Source: Actinomycetota bacterium
Lineage (GTDB): Bacteria > Actinomycetota > Actinomycetes > Mycobacteriales > SCTD01
Length of the DNA stretch: 64,000 nucleotides
Assembly: GCA_046723735.1 (NCBI GenBank)
Contig: JBKOVB010000045.1
Coordinates: 2,544-66,543 of the forward strand
Direction of reading: 5' to 3'
Shown: one piece after another, positions 1 to 11,931 of the stretch
Layout of the letters: each line of letters starts with the position of its first letter
Numbering within the stretch: position 1 is the first letter of the stretch
Position numbers and translations under genes: made by a program
The notes under the pieces: generated by a model
Database searches by the model: none
What the model was told of the DNA's origin: nothing
The model's input: the letters and a program-made list of their open reading frames with translations, nothing else

Positions 1-2744
<2,744 letters not shown>

Positions 2745-3027
2745 TCACTGCGACGTGTCGCCGACGCGCGGCGACGCCTCCGAGCCTAGTGGCAGCGCCC
2801 GGGACAGGCGACGATCGCAACCCGGGCACGCCCCGGATGGGGCGTACGGCGGGAATCGCGGTACGCCGTCCGGTGTTGCAGACACGTTGATCGGTTCGGC
2901 GTGGCTCTTTGTGGCGTCTCACCGCGGCACATATCCTGCCCACCCGTCTGAGCACGTCGCAGGGCACGTCCCAGGTCGACTGGCGAGGCAGGTCCGCCCT
3001 GCCCGTCGTACGTGACGAGGAGCACTC

Positions 3028-4398
3028 ATGGCCAGCGAGCGCGGCATCGGCCGCCTGCGTAGCGCCTTCTCCCGCAAGGAGAAGGGCAAGGGGGCCGCCG
3101 CGACCACTGTGGCGATGGCTCCTCCGCCGGCTCCGGCCGCGTCCACCCCCGCATCAGCCGCCAAGGCGGTCCCGGCCAAGGCCTCCGCGGCCAAGCAGGT
3201 ACCGGCTTCGAAGAGGGCCGCGGCGCCCTCGAAGCCCGCGGCCAAGCGGGGCACGAAGCCCGGCGCCACGGCCACGCCGCCGAAGAGCGCCGCGAAGAGT
3301 CCTGCCAGGATCAGCCCCACGAAGGCGGCCCCGGCGCCGGCCAAGAAGGCGCCCGCCACCAAGGCAGCGAAGGCCGCGCCCGCCAAGACCGCGCCCGCCA
3401 AGGCCGCGACGAAGGCCACCCCCGCCGCCAAGACGTCCGTGGCCAAGGCCGCGCCGGCGAAGGCGGCCCCCGGCAAGGCGGCGGCGAGGAAGGCGGCTCC
3501 CACGAGGGCCGACCGGCCCAAGGCGTCGCCGGCGAAGAAGGCCACGCCCGCGAAGGCCGCCACCCCGTCGACCAAGGTGAAGGCGACCGCGACCGCGACG
3601 AGGGCGACCGCGAAGACCGCGCCTGCCAAGGTCGTGAGCAAGGCACCGGCGAAGAGCGCGCCCGCGAAGGCCCCGAGCAAGGCACCGGCGAAGACCACGC
3701 CCGCCAAGGCCGCGACGAAGGCACCGGCGAAGACTGCGCCAGCCAAGGCCGCGACGAAGGCACCGGCGAAGACTGCGCCCGCCAAGGCCGCGACGAAGGC
3801 GCCGGCGAAGACCGCGCCAGCCAAGGTCGCAACGAAGGCCGCGCCCGCCAAGAAGGCTGCAACACCCGCGAAGGTGGCGCCGGCGAAGGCGACGCCCGTG
3901 AAGGCCCCCCCGGACAAGGCATCCGCACCCGGCCCGGTCACGGCCCCGCCTGCGAAGGCGACGCCCGTGAAGGCCGCCCCGGTCAAGGCGCCTGCCAAGC
4001 CCGCCGCGTCCTCCGCACCGCTCACGGGTGCGGAGGCGTGGACGAAGAAGGAGCTCGACGCCGTCCGCAAGGACCTCGAGCGCGAGTCGGTGCACCTGCG
4101 CGGTGAGATCGACGACGCCGAGGAGCAGACCGCGGCGCTCAAGCGGGAGGCGGGGTCTGAGGGCGTCGGCGACGAGGCCGATGCGGGCAGCATGACGTTC
4201 GAGCGGGAGCACGAGCTGTCGATCGCAGCCAACAGCCGTGACCTCCTGCTGCAGGTGGAGCGGGCCCTGGCACGCCTCGACGAGGGCACGTACGGGCGTT
4301 GCGAGAACTGCGGCAACGTCATCCCCAAGGCACGGCTGCAGGCCTACCCGCGGATGACGCTGTGCGTGAGCTGCAAGCAGCGCGAGGAACGGCGCTGA
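3028..4398 (+). CDS. DksA/TraR C4 zinc-finger protein with ~330-aa Ala/Lys/Pro-rich histone-H1-like N-terminal tail (DdbA-like architecture)
   Basis: ATG at 3028 is preceded by GAGGAG. The C-terminal ~110 aa read ...[16 protein letters not shown]...[43 protein letters not shown] (CxxC-N17-CxxC). The N-terminal part is reiterated (T)APAKAA(T)KA units. Confidence 0.85.
   Translation: MASERGIGRLRSAFSRKEKGKGAAATTVAMAPPPAPAASTPASAAKAVPAKASAAKQVPASKRAAAPSKPAAKRGTKPGATATPPKSAAKSPARISPTKAAPAPAKKAPATKAAKAAPAKTAPAKAATKATPAAKTSVAKAAPAKAAPGKAAARKAAPTRADRPKASPAKKATPAKAATPSTKVKATATATRATAKTAPAKVVSKAPAKSAPAKAPSKAPAKTTPAKAATKAPAKTAPAKAATKAPAKTAPAKAATKAPAKTAPAKVATKAAPAKKAATPAKVAPAKATPVKAPPDKASAPGPVTAPPAKATPVKAAPVKAPAKPAASSAPLTGAEAWTKKELDAVRKDLERESVHLRGEIDDAEEQTAALKREAGSEGVGDEADAGSMTFEREHELSIAANSRDLLLQVERALARLDEGTYGRCENCGNVIPKARLQAYPRMTLCVSCKQREERR
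3679..3834 (+). repeat. Four tandem in-frame 39-nt units (13 aa, [13 protein letters not shown]) inside the histone-like tail
   Basis: The unit aaggcaccggcgaagacNNcgccNgccaaggccgcgacg recurs at 3679, 3718, 3757 and 3796 with only a few substitutions. It lies within a broader low-complexity AKP region of about 3100-4010. Confidence 0.85.
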
Positions 4399-4916
4399 CC
4401 AAGCCCCGCTCCCTGCTGGTCCTGATCGCGCTCGTCACCGTCGCCCTGGACGCGGTGACGAAGGCGCTCGTCGTGGCCCACCTCGAGGGTCGCCACGTCG
4501 TTCACGTCATCGACGACGTGCTCACCCTCGACGTGTCCCGGAACAGCGGCGCGGCGTTCTCGTTCGCGCAGGGGGCCACCGTCCTGTTCACGCTCATCGC
4601 CGCCGGGGTCGTGGTGGTGATCGTCCGGACCCTGCCTCGCCTGCGGTCGCGCGCATGGGCGGTCACGCTCGGCCTGCTCCTCGGAGGAGCCGTCGGCAAC
4701 CTCGTCGACCGGCTCGCCCGGGCGCCCGGTGTGGGGCGTGGCTGGGTCGTCGACTTCATCCATCTCGAGTACTTCGCCACGTTCAACGTCGCCGACAGCG
4801 CGATCACGGTCGGCGCGCTGCTCGCGGTGCTGCTCTCGATGCGGGGGATCGAGGTCGACGGCAGCCACCGACATCGCGGCGAGCACCAGGACACGCCAGG
4901 CAGAATGGAACAGTGA
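4362..4916 (+). CDS. lspA: Lipoprotein signal peptidase (signal peptidase II)
   Basis: Translation reads ...[25 protein letters not shown]...[12 protein letters not shown]...[12 protein letters not shown]...VVDFIHL...[12 protein letters not shown]. The start is uncertain. GTG 4362 is the nearest in-frame ATG/GTG/TTG start upstream of the first TM helix and overlaps the preceding gene by 37 nt. Confidence 0.85.
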   Translation: MRELQAARGTALTKPRSLLVLIALVTVALDAVTKALVVAHLEGRHVVHVIDDVLTLDVSRNSGAAFSFAQGATVLFTLIAAGVVVVIVRTLPRLRSRAWAVTLGLLLGGAVGNLVDRLARAPGVGRGWVVDFIHLEYFATFNVADSAITVGALLAVLLSMRGIEVDGSHRHRGEHQDTPGRMEQ

Positions 4917-5842
4917 CCGACCGCCGCGCCCTGCCCGTGCCCGAGGGGCTGGACGGGCTCCGGCTCGACGCCGCGCTCTCGCGCCTGTTCGGTTTGTCCC
5001 GTACGACGGCCGCAGCTGTCATCGAGACCGGTGGCGCCCAGGTCGACGGCCGGGTCCGGGCCAAGTCGGACCGGGTCGTCGCCGGGTCGCTGCTCGAGGT
5101 GGAGCTGCCGTCCGCACCTGCGAGCAGCCTGCCCGTGCCGGAGGTGGTCGAGGGGCTGCGCGTGGTCCACGAGGACGACGACGTGATCGTCGTGGACAAG
5201 CCCGTCGGCGTGGCTGCCCACCCCAGCCCCGGCTGGACCGGTCCGACGGTCGTGGGCGGGCTCGTCGCGGCGGGTCACCGCGTGAGCACCAGCGGGGCCG
5301 AGGAACGGCAGGGCGTCGTACACCGCCTGGACGTCGGGACCAGCGGGCTGATGGTGGTGGCGAAGAGCGAGCACGCTTACTCGGTGCTCAAGGACGCTTT
5401 CCGCGAGCGCACGGTCGAGAAGATCTACCACACGCTCGTCCAAGGCCATCCGGACCCGCTCAAGGGCACGGTGGACGCGCCGATCGACCGACACCCGACC
5501 TCGGCGTACAAGTTCGCCGTCGTCGCCGACGGCCGCGACAGCGTCACCCACTACGACACGCTCGAGGCGTTCCGCCACGCCACGTTGCTGGAGATCCACC
5601 TCGAGACCGGGCGCACGCACCAGATCCGGGTGCACATGGCGGCCCTGAAGCACCCCTGCGTCGGCGACATCACCTACGGTGCCGACCCCACGCTCGCGGC
5701 CAAGCTCGGTCTCGAGCGGCAGTGGCTGCACGCCGTACGGCTCGGCTTTGCGCACCCCGACGACGGCCGCTGGGTGGAGTTCGAGAGCCCCTACCCGCCG
5801 GACCTGCAGCACGCGCTCGACGCCGTCGTGGCGATGTCGTGA
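4913..5842 (+). CDS. rluD: RluD-type 23S rRNA pseudouridine synthase (S4 domain + RluA-family catalytic domain)
   Basis: GTG 4913 overlaps the lspA stop (GTGA). Motifs include [16 protein letters not shown] (S4-like), [12 protein letters not shown], the catalytic [15 protein letters not shown], and [14 protein letters not shown]. Confidence 0.9.
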   Translation: MTDRRALPVPEGLDGLRLDAALSRLFGLSRTTAAAVIETGGAQVDGRVRAKSDRVVAGSLLEVELPSAPASSLPVPEVVEGLRVVHEDDDVIVVDKPVGVAAHPSPGWTGPTVVGGLVAAGHRVSTSGAEERQGVVHRLDVGTSGLMVVAKSEHAYSVLKDAFRERTVEKIYHTLVQGHPDPLKGTVDAPIDRHPTSAYKFAVVADGRDSVTHYDTLEAFRHATLLEIHLETGRTHQIRVHMAALKHPCVGDITYGADPTLAAKLGLERQWLHAVRLGFAHPDDGRWVEFESPYPPDLQHALDAVVAMS

Positions 5843-5852
5843 GGGTGGCGCG

Positions 5853-6788
5853 ATGAGACCGAACGACCTGGACGAGCGCTGGCTGCCCGCAGCGGCGGCG
5901 CAGGCCCGGGCCTGGGCGGAGCGCGTCGCCGCGGCGCGCCTGCGGGCTGCCGCGAGCGCTCGGTCGTTCGACCTGCGGGAGCTCGACGAGCGCTATGCCC
6001 GCGGCCCGTTGCGCGGACTGGTCCAGCACCCCGTGGTCGGGCTGGTCCTGTCGGGCGCCCTGCTCGTGGCCGGGATCGGTGCCGCCATCGGGCAGGAGCG
6101 TGGCAGCACCCCGACGCCGCCCGCGCCGGGCCAGACGGACACCGGTCCGTCGTACGACTCGTTGCGCGGAGCCACGCTGGGACCGGCCGTGGGGACGGAC
6201 GTCACCGCCTACGTGCGCGCGGCCACAGACGTCCTCGACCACGCCGCCACCAGCACGCCCGACGCCCGCCGGGTGGCGCTCGTGAGCCAGACGGGGTACC
6301 TCAGGCCTGAGGGGGAGGCGCGCCTCCTCGACGGGTTCCGGGTCTCCCGTGTCTTCGTGCGTGCCCCGGCGGCCGGTCGCGACGCGACGCCGTTCCCGGT
6401 GGAGGTCAGGGGCGACGTGCTGTCCGCCCTTCGCGCGGCCTACGCGAACACCGCGAAGAGCCGAGCCGACGCGGCTGCGTCGTTCCAGGCCTACGTCAGC
6501 AGCCTGCGCGGCACGACGAAGGAGGACGACACGTTCCGGCGCCTCTACGGCGCCTTCGCGCGCGCCGCCGCCATCGAGGCCAAGCAGTACGGCGGCGACT
6601 GCGCCTGCGTGTACGCCGCTCTGGTCGAGGCCACCCCCTCCCAGCTGCGCGCGCTGCGCCGGCACGACGGCGTGCGGGCGGTCGAGCTCGCGCCCGCGGG
6701 CTACTCGACGGGCCAGGTCCAGGTGCAGCCGTTGCAGCCCGAGGTGGTCGGCACCGTCCCGCGGCCGACCCCCGGCGGCCGCTCGTGA
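5853..6788 (+). CDS. Hypothetical protein with one predicted TM helix
   Basis: ATG 5853 lies 11 nt after the rluD stop. G+C at third codon positions is high throughout. A hydrophobic segment reads VVGLVLSGALLVAGIGAAIG. I recognised no family motif. Confidence 0.6.
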   Translation: MRPNDLDERWLPAAAAQARAWAERVAAARLRAAASARSFDLRELDERYARGPLRGLVQHPVVGLVLSGALLVAGIGAAIGQERGSTPTPPAPGQTDTGPSYDSLRGATLGPAVGTDVTAYVRAATDVLDHAATSTPDARRVALVSQTGYLRPEGEARLLDGFRVSRVFVRAPAAGRDATPFPVEVRGDVLSALRAAYANTAKSRADAAASFQAYVSSLRGTTKEDDTFRRLYGAFARAAAIEAKQYGGDCACVYAALVEATPSQLRALRRHDGVRAVELAPAGYSTGQVQVQPLQPEVVGTVPRPTPGGRS

Positions 6789-7201
6789 TCGCGCGGCTGG
6801 CAACGCCCGAGGACATGCCGGCCGTCTTCGCGCTGCGGCACCAGGTGTTCGTGGTGGGGCAGGGCGTCCCCGCCGAGCTGGAGCTGGACGAGCTCGACGC
6901 GGTGTCCGATCACGCCGTCGTCGTCGACGGCGGTCGCGTCGTCGGCACCGGCCGGCTGCTGCCGACCGCGACGATCGGTCGGATGGCGGTGGCCGACGAC
7001 CGCCGGGGCGAGGGCATCGGCGCCGCCGTGCTCGCCGTGCTCGAGGAGCGCGCGCGGGAGCGCCGCTTCCCGACCGTGGACCTGCATGCTCAGGTGCATG
7101 CGACCGGGTTCTACGAGAAGGCCGGTTACGTCCCGTACGGTGCGGTCTACCTCGAGGCCGGGATCGAGCACCGGTCGATGCGGAAGGAGCTGGTCCCATG
7201 A
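6785..7201 (+). CDS. GNAT family N-acetyltransferase
   Basis: GTG 6785 overlaps the upstream stop (GTGA). The acetyl-CoA motif reads IGRMAVADDRRGEGIGAAVL, followed by ...ATGFYEKAGY. Confidence 0.8.
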   Translation: MIARLATPEDMPAVFALRHQVFVVGQGVPAELELDELDAVSDHAVVVDGGRVVGTGRLLPTATIGRMAVADDRRGEGIGAAVLAVLEERARERRFPTVDLHAQVHATGFYEKAGYVPYGAVYLEAGIEHRSMRKELVP

Positions 7202-7590
7202 GCCCGTTGGAGACCGTGAACGCGTTCCTGAAGGTCGCGGCGCAGCGCGATTACGACGCGGCGCTGCCGATGCTCGCCGAGGACGTCGAGTACCAAAACA
7301 TGATGCTGCCCGCGGTCCGCGGTCGCGACGCGGTACGCGAGACCCTCGAGGGGCTGCTCGCGCTCTGCACCGGGTCGGAGTGGATCGCGCACCGCGGCCT
7401 CAGCGACGGTCCGCTCGTGAAGAACCAGCGGACCGACCGCTTCCAGCTGCACGGCGAGTGGGTCGACCTGCCGGTGATGGGCTGCTTCGAGGTGCACGAC
7501 GGCCTCATCACGCTGTGGCGCGACTACTTCGACCTGCAGACCGTGATGACGGCGATGTTCCCGGAGCCGGAGACCAGTCCGGAGGTCTGA
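7198..7590 (+). CDS. Limonene-1,2-epoxide hydrolase family (SnoaL/NTF2-like) protein
   Basis: ATG 7198 overlaps the GNAT stop (ATGA). EYQNMMLPAVRGRDAV and ITLWRDYFDL match the Rhodococcus LEH segments YQNMPLPPAYGRDAV and ITGWRDYFDL as I recall them. Confidence 0.8.
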   Translation: MSPLETVNAFLKVAAQRDYDAALPMLAEDVEYQNMMLPAVRGRDAVRETLEGLLALCTGSEWIAHRGLSDGPLVKNQRTDRFQLHGEWVDLPVMGCFEVHDGLITLWRDYFDLQTVMTAMFPEPETSPEV

Positions 7591-7693
7591 CCGGGTCCGG
7601 ACAGGCTGGCGCCGAGCTCTGTGGACTTCGACTTTCCTTGCACAGCAAGGATTTCCGGCCAGCTTTGTCGGACCTCGTCCGTATGGTTCGGTC

Positions 7694-9235
7694 ATGTATT
7701 CGGAGCTCGCCCCGCTGCCGCACCCGTATGTGCGGCGGCGGCAGCGGCTCGACGCGATCGAGGCCCGGGAGCGGCACATCGCGTGGTTGCAGGCGCAGCA
7801 GCGGCTGGACGTGGCGGCGTTGTACGCCGAGGACCGCGCGGGGATGAGCGAGCGGTTCGTGGTCGACGAGCTGGCGCTGGCCTGGGGTCGGTCCCGGCGG
7901 CAGGCGCAGGGCCGGTTGGACGACGCTCGGGTGTTCGTGGAGTTCCCGTGCGTGCATGCGCTGGTCGAGAACGGCACCTGGTTGATGGATCACGCCGACG
8001 CGGTGCTCGGTGAGCTGCTCGCGTCGGGGCTGCCCGGGCCCGTCGAGCAGCAGGCCGTGCTGGACCTGGTGCTGTCCCGCAACGTGCAGCGGACGCCGTA
8101 CGAGCTGAAGGTCGCGGTGCGCACCGCGGTGGTGGTGCTGTTCCCCGACCATGCCGCCAAAAGGGCGGAGCGGGCCAAGGCGGATCGGGACGTGACCATC
8201 CACTGCGACGCTCCGGGGTCGGCGCAGCTGTATGCGCACGGCCCGGTCGCGGACGTGGCGGCGATGATGGCGTCGCTGGACGCGTTGTGCTGGCCGCCCG
8301 CGCCGGGGGATGTCCGCACCGTGGCGCAGCGCCGGTTCGACACCCTGCGGGACCTGGTGTGCGGCCGGGCCCGCCCCGGGCAGTGGCAGGTGCAGCTGCT
8401 CGTCGGTCTTGCCACTGTCGAGGGTCAGGATGAGCTGCCCGGCGAGATCCCCGGCTTCGGGCCGCTCGCCGCCCCCCAGGCGCGGGAGCTGGTCGCGGCC
8501 GGCGCCGAGCTGCGCCGCGTGGTGGTCGACGAGCAGGGCCGGCTGGTCGCGGTCGACACCACCGTGCACCGTCCGGACCTGCGCCCGGCGGTGCCGGAGG
8601 CGACCGGACCGTTGATGTGGGCCCACGAGGACGAGCCCGACGAGCCGGCCGAGCCCGACCCCGACGCTCCCACGGCCGAGGACCGCGCCTGGCTCGAGGA
8701 CCACACCTACTACGTCGACCTCGACGACCTCGAGCAGACCCCAGCGTCCACGCCGGCGGAGGCTGCTGGGGAAGAGCCACGCGCGGGCACGGTCAGGTCC
8801 ACCCCGAGCAACGAAGGGGCGGTGGTGTGCGGCGGCTGGAGCGCCGACGCTCTCGCGAAGGCCCTGCACCGCATCCGCACCGACCCCGTCGTGACTGTGG
8901 ACTTGAGCACCGACCGGTACGCCGTGCCCGCCCCGCTGAAGCGGCATCTGGTCTTGCGCGACCGGACTTGTGTTTTCCCGGGCTGCACCCGTCGCGCCGA
9001 CCTCTGTGACAAGGACCATCTGCTCGCCTGGCCCGGCGGCCGCACCAGCGAGCCCAACCTCGCCGACGAGTGCGAGCACCACCACCAGGCCAAGCACGAC
9101 CGGTTCCGCGTCCAACGCCTGCCCGACGGAACCTTCCGCTGGACCACCCCCTCGGGCCACACCTACGACCGACCCCCACGGCCGGTGCTCGACCACCTCG
9201 GCTACCGACCACCGCCCGACATCATGTGGCCCTGA
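7694..9235 (+). CDS. HNH endonuclease with DUF222-type N-terminal domain (REP13E12-like family)
   Basis: The C-terminus reads RDRTCVFPGCTRRADLCDKDHLLAWPGGRTSEPNLADECEHHHQAKH, the HNH signature. The long N-terminal region is of the actinobacterial DUF222 type. Confidence 0.85.
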   Translation: MYSELAPLPHPYVRRRQRLDAIEARERHIAWLQAQQRLDVAALYAEDRAGMSERFVVDELALAWGRSRRQAQGRLDDARVFVEFPCVHALVENGTWLMDHADAVLGELLASGLPGPVEQQAVLDLVLSRNVQRTPYELKVAVRTAVVVLFPDHAAKRAERAKADRDVTIHCDAPGSAQLYAHGPVADVAAMMASLDALCWPPAPGDVRTVAQRRFDTLRDLVCGRARPGQWQVQLLVGLATVEGQDELPGEIPGFGPLAAPQARELVAAGAELRRVVVDEQGRLVAVDTTVHRPDLRPAVPEATGPLMWAHEDEPDEPAEPDPDAPTAEDRAWLEDHTYYVDLDDLEQTPASTPAEAAGEEPRAGTVRSTPSNEGAVVCGGWSADALAKALHRIRTDPVVTVDLSTDRYAVPAPLKRHLVLRDRTCVFPGCTRRADLCDKDHLLAWPGGRTSEPNLADECEHHHQAKHDRFRVQRLPDGTFRWTTPSGHTYDRPPRPVLDHLGYRPPPDIMWP

Positions 9236-9383
9236 CAGGCGCTCAGCCCCTTGCGTCGCGAGGGGGCCATGAGCGTTGCGCGAGATAGGTGTCGAGAGTG
9301 GCCCTTCCCCATGTTCGAGTAGCGGCCCTTCCTCGCGCCTCTTGGCAGGTGCGTCAGGCCTTCGGCCCCTACGATCTTGCGTC

Positions 9384-9824
9384 ATGCGACTCTCGCCCTT
9401 CGGGCCTCCGAGGAGCGAGCCGCGTCGCCCCGACATCGACGACATGCGGCCCATCACGCAGCAAGCGCTGCTGGTAGTGGGCCTCGTGCCCTTGGGCATC
9501 GGGATGTTGGGCTTGCTCAGCCAGCCAGGCGGTCGGTGGTTCTTCGTGGGGCTCGTCCTGTCGAGCCTGTTTGTCGTGGTGGCCTACGCGCGAAGCATCG
9601 CTTTTGAGACCAAGCACCTAGGTGAGTCGCGAGACTTCTGGCGGGACAGGGAGGCCCTAATCCGGACTCGAGTGTTCCTCGGGGGGCTGGTGACCTTTGT
9701 AGCTGGGGCGATCGCCCTCGTCGTCGCCGTCACGAGCGCTCGTTGGGGTATCGCGGGGTTCCTCTTGACGCCAGTGTTCTTGGCGGGTTCGTTCGTGCTG
9801 CTCCTCTGGGGCAAGGTTCCGTAG
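9384..9824 (+). CDS. Hypothetical integral membrane protein (about 4 TM) in a lower-G+C segment
   Basis: Hydrophobic helices include LLVVGLVPLGIGMLGLL, FFVGLVLSSLFVVVAY, FLGGLVTFVAGAIALVVAV and GFLLTPVFLAGSFVLLLW. The start is ambiguous (ATG 9384 or 9444). Codon usage is atypical (cta, ttt, gta, act, cga). Confidence 0.5.
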   Translation: MRLSPFGPPRSEPRRPDIDDMRPITQQALLVVGLVPLGIGMLGLLSQPGGRWFFVGLVLSSLFVVVAYARSIAFETKHLGESRDFWRDREALIRTRVFLGGLVTFVAGAIALVVAVTSARWGIAGFLLTPVFLAGSFVLLLWGKVP

Positions 9825-9992
9825 CTCCGACGGAGCGGAGAACGCCGCATAGCCTCGGGCGGCGCACAGAACGGCTTCCCGGCTCTCGGCGTTGAGTCCG
9901 ACGTCGCCTCGTTTCCATGAACCGTCGCTCAGCGTGGGCACGAGCAGCACTGGCTGAGGCCCCCTCAAGGAGGCGAGCCGTGGTGGAGCGAG

Positions 9993-11306
9993 TCAGGAGC
10001 CGAGGACTTGGCGTAGGAACGGGTTGGTGAACACCCGCTCCGGGTCGAGCTCGTCGCGCAGCGCCGCAAACCGTTTCATCTCCCGGTAGAGCGCGGCGAT
10101 CTCGATGGCGTCGTGGTCGAGCTCCTTGCCCCAGTGAGGCCGGGCCGCGAGCGGGCGCATCGCCTCCCAGAAGCCGGCGAAGAAGCGGGCCCGGTCCGGG
10201 CCGTCGGTGGTGTAGGCGCCGAGCTGGCAGGTGTCGCCGCCGTACGCCGGGCTGAGCCACGCCTCGTCGCCAGGCACGAACCGCACCTCGACCGGAAAGT
10301 TTGCGCCGATCCGCTCGCCCTCGACGAGGGCCACCACGCGGTTGAAGGCTTCGCCGGCCCGGGCCAGCGGCACCGCCGCCTCGGTCTCGCGGTGCACCAC
10401 GGGCATCGGGGTGTTGAGCACGAGGCTGCTCGCCCCGACCTGCACCGCCGGTCCGAGGTAGGCCCGCGACAGCCTCGCGTTGATCGCAGGCACCCAGCCC
10501 GGCCTGCGGTGCTGCAGCCGCACCAGCTGCGGGAAGAGCCACCGGTGCGTGACCCGCTCGTCGAGCGCGCGCAGCGTCGCCGAGGAGGGGCGTCGGGTCG
10601 TGGGTTCCGTGGTGCGGGTGTAGCGGACGACCTGCGCGTACGGCGCGTGCGGCAGCCACCAGACCTTGACGTACTCCGCCGACCTCGCGACCTGCTCCAG
10701 CCGACCCGCCACCTCGTGCACCGGTACCTGCTCCACCTCCTGGCGCAGCCGGAAGGCCGGCTCGGCGCGCAGCGTCACCCGGGTCAGCACGCCGAGCGCC
10801 CCGAGGTGGACCCGCACGCCGGCGAAGCGCGGGTCGGCGTCGTCGAGCTCGTGCACGTCGCCGCGGCCGTCCACGAGCCGGACGGCGGTCAGCAGCGACG
10901 ACAGGTTGCCGTGCACAAGGCTCGACCCGTGCGTGCCGGTCGCGGTGGCCCCGGCGACGGCCTGCGCCTGGATCGAGCCGACGACCGGCAGCGTCCAGCC
11001 GCGCTCGGCCAGCGCGGCGGACAGGTCGCGTAGCCGCGTGCCGGCCGAGCACGTCACGGTGCGGGCCTCGCGGTCGAGGCTGACCGGGCCCAGGAGCCGG
11101 TCGAGCGACATGGCCGCCCCTTCAGGCGCGGCCAGCGGGGAGAAGGAGTGGCCGGCCCCGACGACCCGCAGCCGGCGGGCGTGGCGGACGGCGTCGACCA
11201 CCTCCGCCTCCGTGCAGGGGAGGTACCACCGGGTGGGGGCGCTCGTCGCCGTACCGGACCAGTTGCGGAACCGGCCGTCGCCGGTGCGTGGGGGGACAGG
11301 TTGCAC
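9993..11306 (-). CDS. FAD-linked L-gulonolactone / D-arabinono-1,4-lactone oxidase family
   Basis: GTG 11306 has AGGAAG 5 nt upstream. The FAD-binding N-terminus reads RLRVVGAGHSFSPLA and ATGTHGSS. The ALO-type C-terminus reads RPHWGKELD...ERVFTNPFL. Confidence 0.85.
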   Translation of the reverse strand: MQPVPPRTGDGRFRNWSGTATSAPTRWYLPCTEAEVVDAVRHARRLRVVGAGHSFSPLAAPEGAAMSLDRLLGPVSLDREARTVTCSAGTRLRDLSAALAERGWTLPVVGSIQAQAVAGATATGTHGSSLVHGNLSSLLTAVRLVDGRGDVHELDDADPRFAGVRVHLGALGVLTRVTLRAEPAFRLRQEVEQVPVHEVAGRLEQVARSAEYVKVWWLPHAPYAQVVRYTRTTEPTTRRPSSATLRALDERVTHRWLFPQLVRLQHRRPGWVPAINARLSRAYLGPAVQVGASSLVLNTPMPVVHRETEAAVPLARAGEAFNRVVALVEGERIGANFPVEVRFVPGDEAWLSPAYGGDTCQLGAYTTDGPDRARFFAGFWEAMRPLAARPHWGKELDHDAIEIAALYREMKRFAALRDELDPERVFTNPFLRQVLGS

Positions 11307-11369
11307 GCCTGCTTCCTAGCACCGAGCGCGGCCGGCGTCGGACCGGGGTGGGTTCGGGTCCCAGGACCG

Positions 11370-11588
11370 CTAACCGGCCAGGCAGCGCAGGGGACAGGCG
11401 GGCGTCTCACCCACCACCTTGAACCGCAGGGTCTTCCACGAGCCACGGGGCGGTACTGGCTGCAGCACCATGCCGCTGCACGGGGGCTGCTCCTGCGGCT
11501 CCACGCGCGGGCAGCTGCCCGTCGTCGTGGGACCTGCGCAGGTGAAGACCCGCTGCTGGGTCCTCGGGTCCAGGACATCGATCCTCAT
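11370..11588 (-). CDS. Small Cys-rich hypothetical protein (72 aa)
   Basis: ATG 11588 is preceded by GAGAGGGG. G+C at third codon positions is high. The protein has 5 Cys residues (FTCAG, GSCPR, PPCSG, ACPLRC). I recognised no family. Confidence 0.4.
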   Translation of the reverse strand: MRIDVLDPRTQQRVFTCAGPTTTGSCPRVEPQEQPPCSGMVLQPVPPRGSWKTLRFKVVGETPACPLRCLAG

Positions 11589-11931
11589 GTCGTGCCCCTC
11601 TCGTCACAGTTTCGCTGCGCCAGCCTGGACACGACGAGACCGGCGCCAGTAGGGCCTTTGGTCCCTTCCGCCGTCCCGTCCCGCCGTGGTGAGGTGGTCG
11701 CGGGTGAGAGAAGCCCAGAAGAAGAGGCAGGGAGCAACGGCTCGTCCGTCCGCCCAGCATCTCGACACGCTGCCTAAGCGGCGCAGGACCCTCTCACCCT
11801 CAAACGTGTCCGGGGCCGGTACGTCCCGGGGGTGCCCTGCCACGCGGCGTCGCAGGCGGGCATGATGAGGGGTGAGCCTCCCGCCCCGACAGGCGGGACT
11901 GCGCCACCCGACCTGGAGAGGGACCACCCGC

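Noticed and set aside
3100-4010. Possible CRISPR-like or intergenic tandem array suggested by the strong periodicity
   Set aside because: The units are contiguous (no spacers), 39 nt long (a multiple of 3) and in frame with a protein. This is a coding repeat, not a CRISPR array.
2919-4328. 469-aa minus-strand ORF (Ala/Gly/Phe-rich), plus several other long ORFs on both strands over 2909-4212
   Set aside because: They are antisense or out-of-frame readings of the repetitive AKP-tail gene. Their composition is low-complexity with no start context, while the plus-strand frame ends in an unmistakable DksA zinc finger.
7508-9499. 663-aa minus-strand ORF opposite the HNH/DUF222 gene
   Set aside because: It has no recognisable motifs and an Arg/Gly/Pro-biased composition. 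The plus strand encodes an intact HNH signature.
9825-9968. Minus-strand ORF start MRGPQPVLLVPTLSDGSWKRGDVGLNAESREAVLCAARGY...
   Set aside because: Its distal half is antisense to the membrane-protein gene, and I could assign no family. It may be a gene fragment, but this cannot be supported from sequence alone.
11589-11931. 343-nt gap upstream of the aldolase gene as a possible riboswitch or sRNA
   Set aside because: I could not recognise any conserved riboswitch core or convincing extended secondary structure by eye. A covariance-model scan would be needed.
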